DNA of 47,193 bases from an uncultured Spongiibacteraceae bacterium (GTDB taxonomy: Bacteria > Pseudomonadota > Gammaproteobacteria > Pseudomonadales > DT-91): NCBI GenBank assembly GCA_965368985.1, contig CBDUPD010000001.1, positions 1-47,193 on the forward strand, read 5' to 3'. Both the position numbers and the translations under genes were made by a program. Shown piece after piece: positions 44,803 to 47,193 of this stretch (position 1 is its first letter; every line of letters starts with the position of its first letter). The notes beneath the pieces are model-generated. The model did not search any database. It saw only the letters and a program-made list of their open reading frames with translations, and was not told where the DNA came from.

Positions 44803-46659
44803 TTACCTTTCAAACCAACTGCCGCCACTGGAATTGATCCAGCTCGGACCGTTGGAGGTTGTTTGTTGCTTTACACCCGTTTTTTCAATCGCCGCTTGTG
44901 GTTTTTCTGGCAACGCTTGCATTTGTGGATTTAAAATATAAAGAGCAGCGGTTGCGTAGACTCTAACGTCTAATGCTTCATTTCGTGCGCCTGATGGTTT
45001 CTCAAATGCAATATAGGATTTACCTAAGCGATGTCGTGTCACCATTTTCTCAGATGTTAATTGCCGAAAGTAATCCAAGTCCGCGTTATACACGCCTAAG
45101 GTGTCACTCACCGGGAAATGACAATACCCAGGCCCTGGCTCTTGTATCTTCAGGCGGCTGTAAATCAGCGCTTTCGCGGTATCCGTGCCTACGGCATATA
45201 AATTGACTTTGCCCATGTTTGTTTTCGTTGGACGACTGACAATGGGTTTTCCCATTTGCGAGCTGCCTTTAATCGCCAACACGCGAAAGGGGTAACGCTT
45301 GCAGTAGCGATATACTTGCATCGTATGATGGCCACCGGTATCAATGCAGGTGGCTCTAATCTCAAGTGGTATTCCCGACTCATGCTCGAATTTTCTAAAT
45401 AACACTTCATCAAGCTTGCGCCAGAGTTCTTCCTCAGCCGGGTTGCCACGAATAATGTCATAGCGTATGGACCAGCATTCTTCACCGGGTCCCCACGCAA
45501 TGGTTTCAATTTCAAGTCGATCGTTCTGCACGTCAACACCGGCTGTGAGCAATACCGCCTTTTGCGGCACCAAGGGCCCGTAATATTCGCGACGTTGATA
45601 GAGTGCATCTTCTGAAATGCTTTCACCGGCTTCTTCCCAAGTTTCACCGAGCGATGTATTTACCCAGGTTTTTAAAGTCTCAGGTAATTTTTTAGCTTCC
45701 AGAAAATTAATCACAATTTCAGACCACTTTACCCAGGGGCTGTAAATTTCATTTAAATGAAATCCTGCAATGCCACGTGACGTATCGGTTGCACGCCATT
45801 TACCTTGTGACAACATCCCTAGTTTTTGCTGATTAGTGATAACCATATGGCAGTGTTCACATTCATAATGTGCCGTTTCAGGTTGATCTTTTTCCCATTT
45901 CACATTAGCCCAACTCAGCGCTTGGTATTCATTACAGTGTGGGCACGGCACAAAGTAGCGTCGTTGATCGGATCCATCAAAAGCATATTCAATGCGTGAG
46001 ATCCCTTTAATCGTTGGTGTGCTGGTTAAGAGCAGTTTGCGATTCCAAAATGTCGTACTTCTTTTTCGTGCCAAGTTAACCGGATCACCTTCAGCACCGG
46101 CTGAGGCCGGATAACGATCCACTTCATCACATAACACAATCCTAATCGGACGGCTTGCCAATGATGCGGGACTGTTACCCCCGGCCATCGTTATGTGACC
46201 ACCAGGGAATTGCTTATGTAGCATAGTATTGCCACTGTCCCTGGCACGGGGATCTTTTACTTTGCCTTTCAGCGATGGCGTATCCCGTAACATGGGTGCT
46301 AGGCGATCTTTCGACCAGGCTTGAGCCATCTCTAGTGTGGGTTGTAGTACCAGCATCGGTGCTGGATCTTGATCGATGTAATAACCCACAATGTTATTTA
46401 AAATTTCAGTTTTGCCCACTTGGGCACTGCACATCACTACCACGGTGTGGATAGCCGGATCATTAAACGCATCCATAATGCCTTGCTGGTAAGGTGCACG
46501 ATCAGTGCGCCATTGCCCTGGCTCAGCACTACTTTCAGGACTCAGTCGTCGGTATGCATCGGCCCACTGACTCACTGTTAGATCCGGTGGTGGCCGCCAC
46601 GCCTGGCTGGTCTCCTGTTGTAAACTCTGTATCGTTGTGATCAGCACCATCAACCTCAT
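44803..46659 (-). CDS. Terminase large subunit, lambda gpA family
   Basis: 618 aa. WRPPPDLTVSQWADAYRRL, Walker A CSAQVGKTE, Walker B IVLCDEVDRY. The start overlaps terS by 125 nt. Confidence 0.95.
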   Translation of the reverse strand: MRLMVLITTIQSLQQETSQAWRPPPDLTVSQWADAYRRLSPESSAEPGQWRTDRAPYQQGIMDAFNDPAIHTVVVMCSAQVGKTEILNNIVGYYIDQDPAPMLVLQPTLEMAQAWSKDRLAPMLRDTPSLKGKVKDPRARDSGNTMLHKQFPGGHITMAGGNSPASLASRPIRIVLCDEVDRYPASAGAEGDPVNLARKRSTTFWNRKLLLTSTPTIKGISRIEYAFDGSDQRRYFVPCPHCNEYQALSWANVKWEKDQPETAHYECEHCHMVITNQQKLGMLSQGKWRATDTSRGIAGFHLNEIYSPWVKWSEIVINFLEAKKLPETLKTWVNTSLGETWEEAGESISEDALYQRREYYGPLVPQKAVLLTAGVDVQNDRLEIETIAWGPGEECWSIRYDIIRGNPAEEELWRKLDEVLFRKFEHESGIPLEIRATCIDTGGHHTMQVYRYCKRYPFRVLAIKGSSQMGKPIVSRPTKTNMGKVNLYAVGTDTAKALIYSRLKIQEPGPGYCHFPVSDTLGVYNADLDYFRQLTSEKMVTRHRLGKSYIAFEKPSGARNEALDVRVYATAALYILNPQMQALPEKPQAAIEKTGVKQQTTSNGPSWINSSGGSWFER

Positions 46660-47116
46660 TGTAGGGATCGGCTAGCTCGGTGAGCGCTTCATAAATTGTT
46701 GTCTTTAGCAGTGCTTCGACTTCAGCCATTTCTTGTAAGCCCGTCACTTGACCTGCCATTTTGTTTGGCAGGCTCAGTAGCTTTGCACGGGCATTGGTGA
46801 TCATTTCAACCCAGGTTTCAGAAACATCTTCCACCGTTAACAGTTTGCCTCGCAGCTGCTCCAGCAACAATGATTTTTCATCGGCTTGCAGCTTGGTTAA
46901 GCGCGCGCGTTCTTTGTGGTAATCCACGCTTTCCAGCGATTGGCCAGAGGCGCGGTCTTGCAGGTATTGCACGTACCCACGTATCGAATTTTCTAAGTCG
47001 TATCGACCCCGCTCATTTTTGGGGATCACGCCTTCTTGTGATAATTGTTGGATGCGGCGTTCCGTCAAATTAAGTATTTTGGCTATGGTTGTCACTGGGT
47101 ATGTAGGGAGATCCAT
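46535..47116 (-). CDS. Terminase small subunit, Nu1-like
   Basis: Start moved to MDLPTYPVTTIAKILNLTERRIQQLSQEGVIP (winged HTH; GAGG 5 nt upstream). DYHKERARLTKLQADEKSLL parallels Nu1 EYERHRLTRAQADAQELK. Confidence 0.75.
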   Translation of the reverse strand: MDLPTYPVTTIAKILNLTERRIQQLSQEGVIPKNERGRYDLENSIRGYVQYLQDRASGQSLESVDYHKERARLTKLQADEKSLLLEQLRGKLLTVEDVSETWVEMITNARAKLLSLPNKMAGQVTGLQEMAEVEALLKTTIYEALTELADPYNEVDGADHNDTEFTTGDQPGVAATTGSNSESVGRCIPTTES

Positions 47117-47193
47117 AATTGCCTCTAAATTAATGCTCTGAAACGAAGCACCCATTTCGGTTTTGTGCCTAGCTAAAAATCGCGCGTCTTGCC

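Larger units (their letters stand above)
1..47193 (-). mobile_element. Lambda-like temperate siphovirus genome in virion-type (terminase ... lysis) permutation; conventional map is the minus strand
   Basis: Terminase/head/tail genes run leftward from the right edge. The lysis genes end 146 nt from the left edge. int/xis/attP lie internally. This is the order of a linear cos genome, not an integrated prophage. Confidence 0.75.

Noticed and set aside
45189-45647. 152-aa minus-strand ORF inside terL, and antisense ORFs inside portal (43513-43962), copA (13637-14008), czcA-like (22714-23064) and others in the track
   Set aside because: All are embedded in alternative frames or strands of long genes with clear family signatures. 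None has independent support.

Overview
The window reads as one complete or near-complete lambda-like temperate siphovirus genome, and the conventional map lies on the minus strand. It appears to be opened at the lysis/terminase junction. Reading the minus strand from the right end, the order is Nu1-like terS, gpA-like terL, gpW, lambda-type portal, a prohead protease/major capsid fusion, a cement protein, then gpFII/gpZ/gpU-like neck proteins. After these come the tail tube, a G/GT chaperone with an A_AAA_AAA -1 frameshift site, the tape measure, a GTA-like distal tail block (DUF2460, DUF2163, NlpC/P60, host-specificity protein) and fibre-region genes ending at 27351. Next comes a ~17.4 kb cargo block (9903-27337). 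It encodes a class I methyltransferase, a MerR-regulated copA/cupredoxin/permease operon, a CusCBA-like Cu/Ag RND pump plus a DUF2231 protein, and a second CzcCBA-like RND pump. An attP-like site at 9288-9530 has a tRNA(CAU) 3'-half core, IHF-like sites and repeated arm motifs on both sides. The plus strand (5717-9287) carries an early operon ending in ERF, Gp157, SSB, a CsrA paralogue, Xis and Int. It diverges from a minus-strand early operon (5539 down to 147). That operon encodes a Cro/YdaS-HTH-ParB fusion, a small nuclease-like protein, a replication initiator with internal iterons, a helicase loader, a DUF968-like protein, RusA, a Q-like antiterminator, a late promoter with tandem terminators, an endolysin and a holin. 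I found no complete tRNA, rRNA, CRISPR array, transposase or CI/LexA-type repressor. The main points of interest are the very large metal-efflux cargo inside a packaging-sized phage genome, the unusual lysogeny-switch gene content, and the phage CsrA next to xis/int. All family assignments come from motif recognition by eye; no searches or computations were run. Host identity is unknown. The AT-rich cargo, the CsrA on a mobile element and the Cop/Czc-type efflux genes are reminiscent of Legionellales-like gammaproteobacteria, but that is speculation.
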